In this document: positions 1-13,739 of the stretch, piece after piece | Numbering within the stretch: position 1 is the first letter of the stretch | Layout: each line of letters opens with the position of its first letter | Assembly: GCF_036321535.1 (NCBI RefSeq) | Contig: NC_087472.1 | Location: 96,536,001 to 96,600,000, forward strand | DNA from: Camelus dromedarius | Lineage: Eukaryota | Direction: 5' to 3' | Length of the DNA: 64,000 nucleotides | Position numbers and translations under genes: made by a program | The notes under the pieces: generated by a model | What the model saw: only the letters and a program-made list of their open reading frames with translations | Databases searched by the model: none | Told to the model about the DNA's origin: nothing

Positions 1-288
1 CAATGCTTGCAACATATTTGAGGGATTTCTTTTCATTTCCACATAAAAATCACCCAAGTTTTGAATTTTTTCATCCATGTTCAGTCCATTCCCTGTTTTC
101 TTTTTTAACCAAGGAAATCATTCATGAATATCACTTAATTCTTAAAATTATATTTTCACGTTCAATACACAAAAGCTCTATGTGGTCTAGCAGCTAAAAT
201 GCCATCACAACACCTTTGTGGATACATACTAGAGTTTCATCTGAGAGCTCGCAAAGCACGCTGCGCTGTGGAACTCGTGTGCCCTCAC

Positions 289-429
289 CTGTTTGGTACT
301 GCCTGGAATCAGGTCTTCTCCTTTTCTTTGGTTTTTGTTTAGCCAGTCTGCCGAGCCCAGCAGACTCATCTATGTGCAAGAGGGCACTTGCAGTGCCATT
401 CCGGTTTTCAATTCCATCAGAATTATTAC
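289..429 (-). CDS. ZFX: ZFX coding exon (141 nt; [12 protein letters not shown]...[17 protein letters not shown]) with basic NLS (314-340)
   Basis: Acceptor cattgttag|GT, donor CAG|gtgagg. This is the exon before the zinc-finger exon, which is outside the window. Confidence 0.97.
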
Positions 430-959
430 CTAACAATGCGCATTAAAAAACAAAATTATACAGTATTATAAATTATAAAGAATTAGGGACTCTTTATTAA
501 CTACAACAACGAAAGTAAGCCATGATACTCATGAATGACAGAGATTCCCCATTCTAGGTAATGGGTTTTACGACCACTTATTATATCAAGACCGTAGGAA
601 ATGCCTAGCTTCCAAATCTAAAAAAAATGTCAGCATTTTGCCCCATGGACTCCCTTGTTGTCTCCCAAAATTGTAAAGTCATTGGCCACATATAATCAAG
701 ATGAAAAGTTTCAGCTTGAAAGCCTGTGTACTTCTTGCAGTACTTCCTTCTACGTAATATACACATGAAGGAAATTCCTGTTAAAAATAAAGACAAAAAG
801 TAGACTTTATAATCTTCCTCTACTCTTGTTCAAATCAAATAACCCTCACAGGGTACTGGTATTTCAGATTTGTGAAACCTAAGACCACAGAAACCATTTT
901 TCAGCTATGAACTCACGTTCAAGGACCACGTCAGTGCCAAGAGCCGCTATGTGACTTAC

Positions 960-1112
960 CGTAAGCTGCTGCCCATGCTATTGGCATGAAGGTTTTGATT
1001 TCATTGTCATCGATTTGCTGTTCATGTGCAGCAGCTGCTGCCGCTGCTGCAGCAGCGTCTTCCTCTCCTACAATCACTTCCATATAAACTTCATCAGCGA
1101 TTTCAGCAACAT
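960..1112 (-). CDS. ZFX: ZFX coding exon (153 nt; [20 protein letters not shown]10[22 protein letters not shown])
   Basis: Translated by hand (not in the ORF track). Acceptor ttttccacttag|AT, donor ACG|gtaagt. Contains a poly-Ala tract. Confidence 0.96.
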
Positions 1113-1485
1113 CTAAGTGGAAAATTACAGAAACTTATGTGACCAGGTTTACAGAGATCCCAGGAAAGACAGTTTCATTTGAATTCAGTTAACAGACAAG
1201 AAGGTTCAAGTGCTATATACCTAGGACACAACTTTCGTGTAGTGAGCACTCAATAGGTATTTGCTGAATGAGTCATACATTTCTTGGCTTTCACCATAAT
1301 TTGTTTTTAAAGCAACATTCTAAGCATACCTAACAAGTCATTGATGTTTCCTATGAAATATGGCAGCATAATAATCTCTACAATAATGTTACTCTGTTTC
1401 CTTCAAATACTGGCCATATTTTTAAAAAATAAGTAAGAGCTATAGGTACACAAAATTCTCTCCCACAGAAAGGCCACCTACTTAC

Positions 1486-1629
1486 TTAAATCTTCATCTT
1501 CTTGCTGAGAGTCGTTGACGGTCATATAAACCATCTTTTCCCTTGGCACACGAAGACTGCTATTCTGATCAAGTAGTTCAACTCCATGATCATTCTCAGG
1601 TTCACTCTCCACAATGTCTACAGTGCCAC
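1486..1629 (-). CDS. ZFX: ZFX coding exon (144 nt; GGTVDIVESEPENDH...QEDEDL)
   Basis: Acceptor tctttcctgatag|GT, donor TAA|gtaagt. ZFX-like translation. Confidence 0.97.
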
Positions 1630-1848
1630 CTATCAGGAAAGATGACAACTCGAAGAATTTATGTGAAAACTTCATTTCTACCTGTTTCACTTACTGCATT
1701 TCACACACATTTCTACTGCTACATTGGAACCCTCGCTTAAAAGCTATCTTCAGAAAAGATTTTAAATAGTCTCAGTCTACACCACCAAAAAGTAATCAGG
1801 TTGAAGTGTTTGATCAGGATGAATAATATGCTGAAGATTTCCTCTTAC

Positions 1849-1998
1849 CTAAGTCATCCTCCCCAGGGTCAGCTTTAAAAATGTACACCTTGATGACTTC
1901 AGGGCAAGTGCCATCCACTTTACAAGGATCAATTTCCGACTCTGCGTCCATGGTCATTCCAGAGGAACCATCATGTTCTATTTTGCCAGCATCATCCA
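1849..1998 (-). CDS. ZFX: ZFX coding exon (150 nt; LDDAGKIEHDGSSG...KADPGEDDL)
   Basis: Acceptor cctgccttttcag|TG, donor TAG|gtaaga. In frame with the flanking exons. Confidence 0.97.
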
Positions 1999-2247
1999 CT
2001 GAAAAGGCAGGAAACACATTACAAATAATAATAGTAGATTTTTAAATAAATAAAATGTTACCATTTTCAAAAAGCCCTTTTTTACAAATATAATCTCTAA
2101 CTTGATTCACATAAAACTGGATGACTTTACATAAACAATGAGACACGCAGGGCACGGTGGGAAATGTGGCTGACTGCTACGCTAAAGCCAGGTCATGGAG
2201 GGCTTTGTGCAACCAGACAGAGGGGCTCAGACTTGACCCTGGTAGAC

Positions 2248-2415
2248 AGGAGGTTTCTCAGTCTGGTCAGGTGTCAAAATCTCTTATGGAACTTAAAAAC
2301 ACAGGCCCCAGACAAGCAGCTCTACAGGATCAGAATCTGTAGGGGTAGGGCCTGATAGACAGATTTAGAGGTACCCTGCCCTAGGGATTCTAATCAGAGG
2401 TTTGAGAACCTCTGC
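2248..2415. mobile_element. MER5-like hAT MITE
   Basis: Motifs ggtttctca...atcagaatctgtaggggtagggcctg...gtttgagaacctctg. Confidence 0.6.
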
Positions 2416-5375
2416 TGCAGGTGGTAGGCGCCTGTTAAGCAGGGCAGTGACAAGGTCAGGTTGCCATTTTCGCTCCACCATGCTGGCCCTGAAAAAGGTG
2501 GACTCAAAGGGATCAAGACATAAAGCACAGATACCACTCTTCAGTCTATTACAATTATGTAGGTGACAAATGACAAGGTCTTCTATCAAGACAGACGTAG
2601 TATGGATGGAGAAGAGGGTCAGACTTCAGTCCCATTTTAAGACTGATGTGGTAGAACCTGGTGCTCAATTGAAAACTGAACATGACAAAGATAATCATGG
2701 GATTTCTGATATAATGACTGAATAATTGGAGGAAGAAACGGTAGGAAATTAGGAAAAGGAACACTTCTGATAATTAATTTAAGGTCCAAGAGGGTAACAT
2801 CCCTAAAAGCTTCAGACTCAGTGGCTGTTCCTATGCCTCTATACTCACAGCACCTTTTGCTTCTCTCAGAGTATAGGATTCATTGTATTGTCACTATCTG
2901 GGGTTTTTTTTGCCCCATCTTTCCCACTGATAAAGCAGAATCTGTATTTTTATTATTCAGTCTTCTAAGACAAGAGTCTGGTTGACAGCAGATGCTCAGA
3001 ACACTGATGAATCAATGATTCAAGGAATGACTGAGATGTGGCGTCCATTGCTGGATATTCAAATCTGAAAGCTAAGGGCTGACCCACAGATTTGGGTGCC
3101 ATCAGCTCTGTGTTAACTAAGCCTTGAGATGACAGTGAGAACCTACAGTGTGAGCAAACAGTAGGCTGAGGATATCCTGGGGAATGTCCTAACTTAAGGG
3201 AGGGACAAGAAGAAGAGTTCACCAAGGAACCTGGGAAGGGAAAGTTAGGTTGGTGGAAGGTCATGAAGGAAGCTAGGGAGTGAAAAGTTCCAAGAATCCT
3301 AGTAAGGCCAGTGGCAATAATGCAGCACGCACAAAAGTCAAGAAGGAATGTCTGCACTTACTAGAGCAACCCGGAAGCCACCGATGTTCCCGGGGAAGAG
3401 TAGTGTAGTGAAGGCTATATGGGGTCAGGTTACCGTCGAGTTGAGGATTCAATAGAAGGTGTAAAATTCTTCAAAAAGTCCAATTTAAAAATGGAGCATA
3501 AAGGGGTAGTAACTAAAATGGGTTGCAGAGTCAAGGACTTTTCTGTTTACTTGATAAAAACATTTGTGCACACTTGGTCTGTGAGAGAAAATATAATAGA
3601 AAGTGAGAGGCTGAAGCCAGAGGACCTGGTGAAATTCTGGGACCAAGATCTCAGAAGAAGAGAGAGATGAAACCAGGCATAAAGATGAAGGAATTTTCTA
3701 TAAAACGGGGGAGCAATATGCCATCCTTCTGAGATCTAAGGAGGTAAATATGGATAAGAACGCAGCTTATGCTGTGTTTAGAGGGGGAAGATTGTAATGG
3801 CAGAAGAGTTGAAGGAGTACATGGCCGGCGGCTTCAACTGTGGACATGAAGTAGGACGTGAGCACTGTGGTTACCAGGAAGAGAATGGTGAATGGGTTAA
3901 GAGCTTGAGAAGCTAGAGACAATGAGCTGATCAAGGACAAGCTTAACGATATGAAGGTGCTAGCTGGTTAAACTCTATGTGGTTTCAAAAAGAAAAAGAA
4001 AAACAAAAACAAAAACAGAGAGGTTTCCTGAACTCTGAACCTAACTACCTAAATTCAAGTATTTTGACTCTGCTTTATACAAATGGTTTGTAGAGGAAAA
4101 GAATCGGCATTATGTCCTTATTTCTGGTCTGACATGTACTTACCCTTTTTTTCAAAGCTAAATACTTTTATGACAGACCAAGCTGACTGAGTCACTTATT
4201 TTCTTAAAGGTGGCTCTGGAATTTCAAACTGAGATAGCATTAGAAGGCTGTAGATCTCACCAAACTAGAAGGAGAGTTCTGAATAAATCAGTACATCTTC
4301 AGAGAACTGATCTCAGAACAGTTTGATACTGTTGATGAAGCTTGGCCTCTTTGGGCAAGGTTTGTCAAAATGGATTCTAACAGGTACTGGAAAATCAAAT
4401 GTCCTTGTGTTTACAAAGAACAAGGTCAGGCTAGCTGTTTTTGCATATGTTAGCTTGTTGTACTCGTAAGATAAAACCTTTTCATGACCAGAAAATCTAA
4501 TCATTTTGGAGCTTGCAAAATGTCATGCACTTACCAGTAACTTAAGAGTAAAAGACCTTTATTTGCTTTCATAAATGTGTGGGAAACACATCTGAAATAT
4601 ACAGGATTACCTGAGTCGAGCAAAGTTATTCTATTATTAGACAAAAGTAGAATTCACCTTCAGATTTTCACCTTGAGAATTTGTCCTACTAACTCAATCT
4701 ACGAAATTATTCCAAATATGAAATACTATAGAAGTGATTTGTTACTCACACACACACACACACATACCACTTTGATGGTCCTGTTAAGTACTAAAAATTT
4801 CACTGTGATTTTAAAGATACCATTAAAAATGAATTTCTAAAAACAGACAAAGAAGGCTTCGATAAAACTGAGTCATCATACATGATTTCTGCATGAGTGC
4901 CTTCTGCTGTTGTAATGAAGAACTAGAGCTTTAGAATAAGGCCTCTCCAAAATAGAAGAGTGTAATTTCTGGAAATTAAGAACACTTCTATTAATAACTA
5001 CTATTTGCATGGCATTTTGCAATTTCCTTAGCATTTCTCTGTACTTTTATTTCATTTGATTCTCACACCTTTTCCAGATAAAGACAGGAAAGCTCTGAGA
5101 TGATATGTGATTTGCCAGTTGGTATAATAAGTGAGGAGTAGGAGAGTTAGGAGGTGCCTGTCTTTAAAACCCAGACTTTCACTTTCATCTTCTGATTTTT
5201 TAAAGAACTGTATGTTCATTGGATAAAATTTAGTATTAAAAAGAAAATCACAAATAGTCCCACTAACCAAAGATTGCATCATTTGTTAGTAAATTTCCTT
5301 CCCAGTTTTTTCTTTTCTTTTTTTTTAAATAAAATTGGCATCATATTTCCTCAAGCCTTATAGTAATAATCTTTA

Positions 5376-5466
5376 GGGGGTGGGTATGCTCAGCAGTAGA
5401 GCACAAGTATAGCAGACACGAGGTCCCTGGTTCAATCAATCCCCAGTACCTCCATTAAAAAGATAA
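5376..5466 (+). mobile_element. tRNA-Ala-derived SINE (camelid vic-1 type), diverged
   Basis: tRNA-Ala-like head plus A-rich tail. Imperfect TSD tagtaataatcttt / taataataaccttt. Confidence 0.8.
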
Positions 5467-5922
5467 TAATAATAACCTTTTCATCTCATCCTGTGTTCTA
5501 AACTTTAAAACTGAAGAAAAATTTGACTATCAGTGATCTCACTAACAACAGCAAAACTGTAGCAAAATACAGGCATACTTTATACTGCTCAAGGGAGCTT
5601 CAGTGAAATCCCTCGAAGGCCAAGGTGGACCTTCTCTACTAACTTTCCCCTCCTACTTTCCACATTCTCCTCTCTCCTCAAATCCCTATTATCACCTCAC
5701 CTTCTCACTCTCAGTTGATCATCTTCTGTCTTACTTCACGGAGATTAAACAATCAGAAGAGAAGACCCGCTGTCTGCCACACCTACCCACTGACCAGCAA
5801 CTAAACCCAGCTTGTTACCACAGACAACCCACCTGTGTTCCTAGCTAAAGCCCGCCCCTTCTTTCTTGTTCCAGCACCTCTGCTGCCCTCTCTTCCCCTA
5901 GATCCTCTACTAGATCATTTTC

Positions 5923-6066
5923 TTTCCTTTTTTTTGGGGGGGGTGGGGGGAGGTGATTCAGTTTATTTAATTTAATTATTCTTAGAGGAGGTACTGAGGA
6001 TTGAACCCAGAACCTCATGCACGCTAAGCATGCACTCTACCACTGAGCTATACCCTATACTTCGCC
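5923..6066 (-). mobile_element. tRNA-Ala-derived SINE (vic-1 type)
   Basis: Minus strand reads GGGTATAGCTCAGTGGTAGAGTGCATGCTTAGCGTGCATGAGGTTCTGGGTTCAATCC. 16-bp TSD ctactagat[c/t]attttc at 5907-5922 and 6067-6082. Confidence 0.9.
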
Positions 6067-6082
6067 CTACTAGATTATTTTC

Positions 6083-6760
6083 ACCAGCATACAAACAAGC
6101 TATTCTTTCTTCCCCTTTGAAAAACAAAAACTCTTCATCTCCTTTCTCTGCCACCTTCATTTCTCCACCTCCTGTCATTCTATATCCTCTAAATTCACTT
6201 CAGTCAGGCCCATGACATCCCCAAAACTGTTCATCAAGGTTGCCTGTTCTCAGCCCTCATCTGACTTGCCTTGGCAGCACTCTCCTGTGATTCACTCTCT
6301 TCACTTGGCTTCCAGAACACAGGCTCTTGGTGTTCTCCTTCCTCACTGGCCATGCCTCCTCAGTCCTTTGCAGGAACCTTCTCTTACTTCTTAATGTTGC
6401 AAACGCCACGGCCTAGTCCTTGGTCTCGGTTTATCTACAATCCCTCCTTTGATGATGTCATTCGGCCTTATAGCTTAAATTTCATCTATATGCCAACAAC
6501 TCTCAATTTTGCATCTCTACTCTAGGCCTTTTTCCCAAAACTCTGACCACATTTCTAACCCCAAATCCTCCTTATACTCCTTTTTACCTCCCCAAACATG
6601 TATCACTTATTTATTTATGTCTGTGTAACTCTGCTAGAATACAGTCTCCAAAAGGGAAAGGCACTGTCCTCTGTTTTGTTGACTGATGTATCCCAGGTAC
6701 CTACAATACTGCCTGACATATAATAAGCACAAGACATTCATTTGTTAAATATACAAATAC
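6083..6760 (+). mobile_element. LINE-2 3' fragment (other L2 pieces at ~2420-3960, 10880-11600, 22480-24060, 35770-36590, 37830-38270)
   Basis: L2 3' terminus gtatcccagg..cct...tgcctgacata.aataagca; pyrimidine-rich L2 body. Confidence 0.65.
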
Positions 6761-7756
6761 CGATCTTCAAGTAAATGTTAGTCGTTATGGCATCAGTTCA
6801 TAACCCACTAAAGAAAAAATGTAAGAACATTAAGAGTCATATTTTGCTTATAATACATGAATCAATTTTAAAGCCAGTATCTACTATCACCTTACTATGA
6901 AAGATGTAAAAATTAAGACATTTACACACCTCCCCTTCCCAAATATTTTGTTAGTTTTATATTAAGTGAATCCAGTACTCATTACCAATGCTTTTATCAG
7001 AGTCTCTCCATTCTAGAGTTCTTTCTACTGATTGACCTTTCAGTTTGCTAGATTCATTACCAAATAGGACTGTCAAGAAGGGCTAATGGGTGTTATAGCC
7101 CCTAAGTTCCCAAATACCTGAAAATGTCAGGCCATGGCCTTTACTTGAATGACAAATTGGCTTGGTATAATATTCGTAGGTTACATTTTCTCAGAACTTT
7201 GTAGGCATTGTTCCACAGTCTTCTACCACTATTTCTGTGTGGATGTCCCTATAATTCTTTATCCTTAAAGTTCACTAAACATCACTGTGATTATGACTTA
7301 GTTGTTTTTATCACTCTGTCAATTTCTTGAAATAAGAAAGATTCAATTGAAGATTCCAATTTTTATTTCAGAAAAACTCCTCCCATTCTATTTTCTAGCT
7401 CACTGGTTTTATTCACTTTTTCTGGAATTTCACTTTTGTGCATTTGTCTCCTTTATCTGTCTCCCATGTCTATCCATCTTCTCCATGATCATTTTTGTAA
7501 CTTTTATTTTTATCCATTTCATTTATACATTTTTGTGATTTCCTAAAGCCAATTCCCTCTGCACCTGGTTATATACTGAAGCATATTTATTCTTATAGCT
7601 GCTTCTATAGTGGCTTTTATCTTGATCACGTTTCCACTTTTCTCTACAACTTCTCTTTGAATTCTGTCAGCCTACTTTCTATCTGCCTCTGTTGTCCTAT
7701 AATATATTTTCTGAACCTCTGTAACTCTTCTGTGAGTTTTAAGAGATCATATTGTT

Positions 7757-7942
7757 AGCAATGTTCTACCAAGAGACCTTTCTGTGATGATGGCACCGTC
7801 CCATATATCTGCACTAGCCACATGTGACTGCTCAGCACTTGAAACGTGGTTGGTGCAATTTAGAAACTATATACTTGATTTTACTTAACTTTAACTCATT
7901 TAAACTTAAATTTAACTAGCCACATGTGGCTAATGACTACAT
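7757..7942 (+). mobile_element. MER3-like hAT MITE
   Basis: ctttctgtgatgatgg...ctagccacatgtg...cacttgaaa...tagccacatgtggcta matches the recalled MER3 consensus. Confidence 0.75.
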
Positions 7943-10900
7943 CCATGAAAACAAAACACATGAAAAAAGACCCACACCTCACTACACACAACCCTATGAT
8001 ATTTCAGACCAATAGAGATAAAGAGATCTTTAAAGCTTTCAGAAGAAAAAGAAACATCTGCAAAGAACTGAGAATCAAAATATCAACAGGCTTCTAAACT
8101 ATAACAAACGCTTGATGACAATGAAACACGCCATAACAAATTCTCAGGGAAAATTCATTTCACCCTAGACTTCTGTACCTAACCAACTTATCAATCAAGT
8201 TTAAGGGCAGAATAAAAATATTCCTAGTATATACAAATCCACACTGCTTAGAAAGTTTTCAATATGTGGGCCAGTAAAGTAACAGAGTAAATCAAAGAAG
8301 AAGGTGACATGGGCTCCAGAAAACAATGGACCGGCCTCAGGAAATGAGAGAAGGAAATTTTTGGAAAAATATCTGTATGACAGTAAGCCTAAAAAGGAAC
8401 TAATCCAGAATGGATCAAAAAGATAAAAGCTTCAAGAGGAGAGTCACTGGGAAAAGAATAACTCAGAGAAAAACTTAACTGGATAGAGAAATGAGTCAAA
8501 TTTGAGACTCTATTTATTCGAAGGTACAAACAATTAAGGAAAACCCATTCTATGAGGACAGAATCAGTCTCAAAGTCTAATTAAGCCTGAAGTCTATAAA
8601 CCTATGACCAGCACGCACAAGGAAGACATGGATTCAGTCACTAAATCCCAGCCTTCCAGAACTGGAAGCTACCTCACAGACCTTGAAACAAGTTAATCTG
8701 AAAGAAAAATAAAGATGATTTTATGGGCTAAATAAGTTACTTCAAGGGACAATCTGAATACACATCTTTTTAAAATGTTTAACAAGATTCCCAGGTTGTA
8801 AATAAGACTGATGTCAAGGAGGGACACTAGGCCTTTTCACAAAACAGTACCTCAGTATTGCTGCTAAAGAGAGAATTTGATCTCTGAACCAGGTGCCTAC
8901 GTTAACTTACTCTGATAAGTTCAACAGTCATCTTACTACTTAATCACTTCAACTTTTTTAACCTCTAAACCCAAAATCCAGTCAAAAGAAAAACTACAGA
9001 ATAAAAACTCAGTGTTATTCAACATCCTAACGGTTCCTGTGTGGGTGACTGGTATTTAATAGTGAAGATACCATGGATGAGTAGTGCCCCCTAAAAGGAT
9101 ACCTAAGCTCAAGACCATTTATTATGTTCCAGACACTATGGTAGGTGGTTTCCCAATATTTTATCATGAAATCAATGACAACCACTCCACAACTTAGGTG
9201 TTTTAAGTTCATTTTACAGATGTGAAACTGGGGCACCTAAAAGACTGAGTAACTTGCAAGAAGCATTCTGCTGGGGCAGATATTCTAGTAGATAAATTAA
9301 AAGTGCACTTTCAGACCTCCCTCTCTTACCTTCCTCCTCAGGAACCCTCTTTCTGGGGCTAAACCTTATTTTTATTATATAGCCTATAAAAGATTTCAAA
9401 GAATTGGTAAAATCTGATCTTTAATTCTTAAAACTTTCCTAGAGAGGTTAAAAGGCTTAATAAAATTAGCCTCGTTCTATAGACAGGGAATTAAAGGATC
9501 AGAGCCATTCAAGTGCCTATCCTAAGTTATAGTGATCTCCAACAGGGCGTCACAGATAATAATTAATGAAAAATATTTGCAAAATTGCCCTGAACTGGTT
9601 TAAAACATAGTTAACTGAACCTAGTTAACCAAGAATTGATTTCTTAACAATTTCAGGGGGGAAAAGGAATGACTATCAGAACTCCACCCTCTGCCTGCCT
9701 TTACCCAAGGCTGTCCCTTCCTGATGGAACAGGAAGGTCTTAAGCAAAGCCAGTACAGTGTTAGTCTTGCTAGCCCAGTGGATGCCACCGACACAGAGAC
9801 TCAGCATGGATGACAACAATGGCTAGCAGTTACTGACAGGCACGCTCTGTGCTGGATGCCTGGGGCATCTCTAATTCTCACAACTATGCTGTAGGTCAGG
9901 TAGTATTACTGCCTTTTCACAAATAAGGAAACTAATGCCGAAGTGAAGTCAGTAATTTGCTCAAATTCATACAGCTAGTGGGCAGCAGGGCTGGCATCCA
10001 AATGGAAGGCTGGCTGACTCTAAGCCACAGGCGCTATTTCCATATACCGAGTTGTTTCTCTAAGATTCTGAGGAGAGGCATGTTCTCTCTCTCCCTCCTA
10101 CCCCTGGCCCAACTCCCATTATCGCACCAAGTAATCAGAGACCTGTTCAAAGGGCAAGCTGTCAGACAATTTTGTCTCCGTCTCAAGCAGATAAACAGTC
10201 AATATGAGTCACAAGGCCAACCTGAAGCTCCAACTACTTATAAGACTTTCAAAATGTAGACCTTTTATCCCAATCGTGTTTGTGGTGGGGAGAGGGGAGA
10301 ACTGCAACATCTTTATCTTATCTGAGCACTTTTTTCTTAGTATAAATCTGACATCCAGCCTGAATATTAAACTGAAAACTCTTAATTCATTCATTTTAGT
10401 GATTTCTATATAAATTTCAGAACACCTACAGTAAAGACAATAATTTTAGATGAGTCGACAGAAATTTTTCTGAATTTTATCAGAACTAGACATCTTCTCT
10501 AAAATACTCTTAGTTCAATAAATAAGACTTTTCTCACATTTCAGAAATATTCCCTTGTGGACATGTGTTTTTTTAAAATCTAAACTTCTATTGTGATTTA
10601 TCAAATGGTTTAAGAAAGAAAACTGATAGAGCACATATATGAAAATAATGGTAAGATACATACACATATAACAATCAGCCTATAGAATAAAGGAATAAAC
10701 AAACATTTCACCATGTCTCCTGTGCTAATAGCCCCTAGAATCAATAAATAAGTCATTAGATTGTACTGATCCTCAGTTTATGCAATAAACATTTGATGGT
10801 TTGAATTTATTTATTCATTCATTCACCAAACAACTTTTTATTGGATGTCTGCACTATGACCAAAGTTGTGCTTAATTAGGAGCTAACTAATAACATCAGA

Positions 10901-13739
10901 CCAACAGCTCAAAACCCCTGAACTAAAAGGCCAGGGCCACCACACTCATCCGCAGGGTGCCCTTTACACAGCTGCTGTACAGCGGACAGCTGCAGGCAGC
11001 AACCCTGCACACAGGCCTTCAGCTTGCCTAAATGTGCTCTGCCTCCAGTAACGGTCATGCCATCTGCCCAGTTGCACAAGCCAGAAGCCAGACAGGGAGC
11101 TTCAACCACACCCTCTCCCTCAACTCTAAATTTAATCCAAATTCTACTTCCTAAGCACGTCACGAAGCAGTTTCTGCCAAACTCTACTGAGAGAACCTTA
11201 TTTCAAACTATCATCTGTTTCTTACCTGGACTACTACTACCTCCTGCCAAAGTGTATCTTTTGTTTCTGATTTTACTCTTTTCTTGTCTGCTCTCAACAT
11301 TGCGATTAAAGTTACCTTTCCAAATTGTGAATCTAAACATGTTAGTATTAATCTGTTTACAACCCTGTAACTCCCCACATCAAAAAAGCAAAGCAGGCTT
11401 CTTAGTATATTTAAGAGCCTTTAGGATTTGTGCCCTTGCCTCCATTTGCCTCATGGAAGACATTATTTGCAACTCAAAGACAAAGTCTCTGAGCACTCAA
11501 AGATCTTTCACACCTCCCCACCTTTAATACGCTCTCCCCTCTACTATTCTGCCCTCCTCGGCCACCCAGTGAGCATTTTATTCATCCCTCAAATTAAGTT
11601 CACTTGAAATTATTTTTTAAAGATGTGATAATGGTATTACTGTTTCTTTTAAATCCTTGTCTTTGAGAAATATATAATGAAATACCTATGAGTGAAATGA
11701 TATGTAGAATTTGCTTCAAAACAATACTGGAAGGAAGGAAATGCACAGAGATGGAATAAATATAATTATGTCTAAAAAAGTTCAGTTATGTCTTCAACCA
11801 CGTTTCCACAGAACTCTGGCTTATAAAACTTTTGTAGCATTTAGCTCACTCAAGTGTACCCAAAATTTGCCAACATTTTCCCCTTTAGTGCTTCCAAATC
11901 CTTTGCACATCCAGTTATATATCTTTTCAAACTTGACCATAATTACCAGTTTCTGTTTGTCTTCTCTCCAGGACTGCGAACTCTAAAAAACCAGAGACTT
12001 TACTGTTTATCTCTAATAGCTAGCAAGATTCCTAGTTTATTGTGGTTTATCAATAAATGGTTTTAAGTGAATGAAGACACAAGAAAAGTAAACATGGGCA
12101 AGAAAAAAAAATAGTTTATATACAATTCCTTTTTCTCATGTAAGCATAATTTTTTTTTTTAAATAACATTTTTAACGTAGAAAAACAATGGAACAGGGTT
12201 TGGAGGCTGTCTGGGCGGACTGTGCTATCATTGGTAAACTAAGAAAATGTTTAAGCCTCCTCTAAATTATTTCCTAATGTTGAAATTGAGTATTCAGTAA
12301 TATTGTAAATTTTAGTAAAACACCAGAATTCTATTTGCCTCCTCCATCCACAATAAGCACTATTTATCCCAAACTCTACTGCTCTATAGTATTAACTTTA
12401 TATACGAATACACACATAACACAAAGAAAGGCAATATGAGAGTAGAAAGTAAACACTTTGGAATGAAACACACTTGATTCCAAACATTTACCCTAATGCT
12501 AGCTGGATGTGTAACTTTGGCCAAGTTACATAAACTGAGCCTCAGTTACCCAATCTGTAAAACGATGATAACACCAACATTACAAGGTAGCGGTAAGGAA
12601 CATAATATATTAAGCTCAGACACACATATTATTTATTAAGGTTTACTATTACCTATTTTTACTGTTATCAACTTGCTACAAATCTCCAACTAAATAATCT
12701 TTCTTGGGATAAAAAAGCCTAAGTTTAAAAAAAACGTTTAAATTGTCCACACTGACAATTTTAAAAAATCAAACCACAAAAAAATACAACCCTAAACATT
12801 TTTCCCCCCAAAAGGAAACTTTATTAACAACAAACCTCACCAAACAAACTTAATTATATCTCCTGATGGAAATGCCAAGTGACTCAAGGGTCATTAGAGA
12901 TGGGTTTCATGGGTCTGATGAGTCTGAAAGCAATTTGCACACATTAGCACCTGAACTCTTTCTCGAAATATTAATTCAAATGGACTTAAACTGTATCTAT
13001 ATCTATATCTATATCTATATATGCCACCAGACCAAAGGAGTTTAATAAGCATTAGTTAAAAACTAACCAATGTAACGATGTATTAACATCTGGCTTTTAT
13101 AAAAAGCAGTTGCATACTGTAAAATAATATTTTGAATACAATCTTATCATAGTGAAAAAGTCTTTGGCCTTAGAATATAAAAACAACCAAATGGAGAGAA
13201 CACAGCTGTGTTATTACTCCCCACTCACTGTCACCGAAGAGTTTTATTAACGGTCTCCACAAAGCAAAATTTCCAGTTGTATAATAAACATGTTAAAAAT
13301 GGTGACATACTTTCACTTAACCCCAACTAGTTTAAAAGGTTCTAAGCTCAAATTATTTGCTTTAATTTTTTTAATTTGTCTCTTTTAAAGCTGCTTAAAA
13401 TAACTGAAAGCACATATTTTATTAAAATGTGTATTAGAAATGAAGAATCATATCAGTTTACATTAGAAGAGAGACTCTAGCCAAGTGTTCGGGTTTTGGC
13501 AGGAGGGACCCCATGCTCCACAGGCCTATTAGTTGTTTCCCTTAATGTTACTATAAAAGGCAGGTACACATACTCAAGTACCCTTGTTTTCCATAAGAAT
13601 GCATTATGTTGTCATCACTTATTAATTTTGCTAAACCTTTAAAAGTTGAATTATGTATTTTTGCCTGGACTTTAAAATTTAGACTTTAATATTTAGGGTA
13701 GTAAATTTTACAAATTCACTGCCCACTCCTGACAGCATG

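Noticed and set aside
11024..11527. 167-aa ORF
   Set aside because: Lies within decayed L2 sequence, has a non-ATG start, and shows no recognisable domain.
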